In this document: positions 8,515-9,346 of the stretch, in pieces
Position numbering within the stretch: the first letter of the stretch is position 1
Layout of the letters: each line of letters starts with the position of its first letter
Assembly (NCBI GenBank): GCA_030141605.1
Contig: JAQGDQ010002200.1
Coordinates: forward strand, 1 to 9,346
Source of the DNA: Tubiluchus corallicola
Taxonomy: Eukaryota; Animalia; Priapulida
Reading direction: 5' to 3'
Length of the DNA: 9,346 bases
Notes under the pieces: model-generated
Databases searched by the model: none
Told to the model about the DNA's origin: nothing
What the model saw: the letters and a program-made list of their open reading frames with translations, nothing else
Program-made: the position numbers and the translations under genes

Positions 8515-8554
<40 letters not shown>
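8401..8554. repeat. (TAA)n tract followed by an A-run of about 38 nt (probable LINE tail)
   Basis: (TAA)n at 8401-8516 and poly-A at 8517-8554, directly after AATAAA. Confidence 0.93.
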
Positions 8555-8555
<1 letters not shown>

Positions 8556-8601
8556 ACAAAAAAAAACAAAACAACCCAAAAACCACAAACAACACAAAAT
8601 A

Positions 8602-9009
8602 TTGAAAGAAAACATTTTTTAAAAATGACTTACATGAAAGAATTACTACCACACAAACGAAATTTCGCGTTCTCACCACTAGTTCTCCGCTCACATGCAT
8701 TTCACCATTCGCTAGTTAGACGGGCACTAACGCCTGCATTTCGGAAAGACATTGCACAAAAAGCAGGTGTCGCACCTCTCAATTCAGATGTGTTAGTTTG
8801 TGACGAACTACACACGCTCGACAGCTCATCCTAGTTTTAGCACAACACACTGAATATCTTACAGTAGCACCGTGCTTCAATTTTCACTTTCACAAACACG
8901 TGCAACACGCTCGTGGAACATTTTTGCAGTTGAAAATTATGTTCGTTTGTGACGTCATAAACAGTTGGGCTCGCCCCACGCTAATCAAGTTTTAATCTAT
9001 TATTTAATT
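8602..9009 (-). mobile_element. Unclassified dispersed repeat, copy C (inverted)
   Basis: Reverse complement matches copies A and B. It keeps the segment missing from B but lacks about 50 bp equivalent to A ~1788-1837 (junction ctaaaactagg|atgagctgtc). Confidence 0.85.
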
Positions 9010-9042
9010 TTTTCTTCATTTCGCTTTCTTGCATCGACTTAA

Positions 9043-9346
9043 TCATTCCTTTGTCATTCATTCATTCATTCATTCATTCATTCATTCATTCATTCATTCA
9101 TTCATTCATTCATTCATTCATTCATTCATTTATTCATTCATTCAGTCAGTCAGTCAGTCTGTGAGTCAGTCAGTAAATGATTCATTCATTCATTCATTCA
9201 TTCATTCATTCATTCATTCATTCATTCGTTCATTCATTCGTTCGTTTTTTTCATTTATTTATTTCTTTATTCTTTCTTTCATGCTTTCTTTCGTTCTTTC
9301 AATCATGCTAGTTCACTCATCCATTCATTCTTTCATTAATTCATTT
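9043..9346. repeat. Compound (TTCA)n microsatellite with (TCAG)n, (TTCG)n and (TTTC)n variants
   Basis: Long cattcatt runs at about 9055-9143 and 9180-9238, decaying toward the window end. Confidence 0.96.

Larger units (their letters stand above)
7358..8554 (+). mobile_element. 5'-truncated non-LTR retrotransposon (LINE, probably CR1/L2-group) 3' end, interrupted by a MITE
   Basis: Translation TLINTYCPPILLYGCEI...VKWNTSYRKIFGFRQNESVKLLMYFCGTMP fits the P-x-L-x-Y-G-x-E motif found C-terminal to LINE reverse transcriptase. Removing the MITE and one TSD restores the frame (LMVS-RKLNFVRKIVNSCN..., TAA at 8121-8123). An AT-rich 3' UTR, AATAAA at 8391-8396 and a (TAA)n plus poly-A tail follow. 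The 5' boundary and clade are approximate. Confidence 0.8.

Noticed and set aside
8328-8834. Poly-F/I/Y ORFs and the 69-aa ORF at 8625-8834
   Set aside because: Derived from poly-A/(TAA)n and from repeat copy C, whose frame is not evidently maintained in copies A and B.

Overview
AT-rich, repeat-dense eukaryotic genomic DNA, most likely from an invertebrate animal (inferred from GT-AG splice signals, LINE/MITE content and many microsatellites). One credible protein-coding gene lies on the minus strand. The 201-aa ORF at 3118-2513 appears to end at a GG|GTGAGT splice donor (2516) and can be spliced in phase to a short exon at 502-400, giving a predicted 234-aa protein with two transmembrane helices and a PIRT/TMEM100-like architecture. 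The rest is repetitive: (1) a 5'-truncated non-LTR retrotransposon 3' end with AATAAA and a (TAA)n/poly-A tail, interrupted by a 427-bp hAT-type MITE with 13-bp TIRs and an 8-bp TSD; (2) three differently deleted copies of an unclassified ~500-bp dispersed repeat; (3) a 20-bp minisatellite next to a Tigger-like end; (4) a 237-bp unit alternating with (GTT/GCT)n tracts; (5) long microsatellites, several of them bracketed by direct duplications of local sequence. Most other listed ORFs are microsatellite translation artefacts. I see no clear evidence of a new multi-gene system. The best leads are the PIRT/TMEM100-like gene and the recurring microsatellite-between-duplications pattern.
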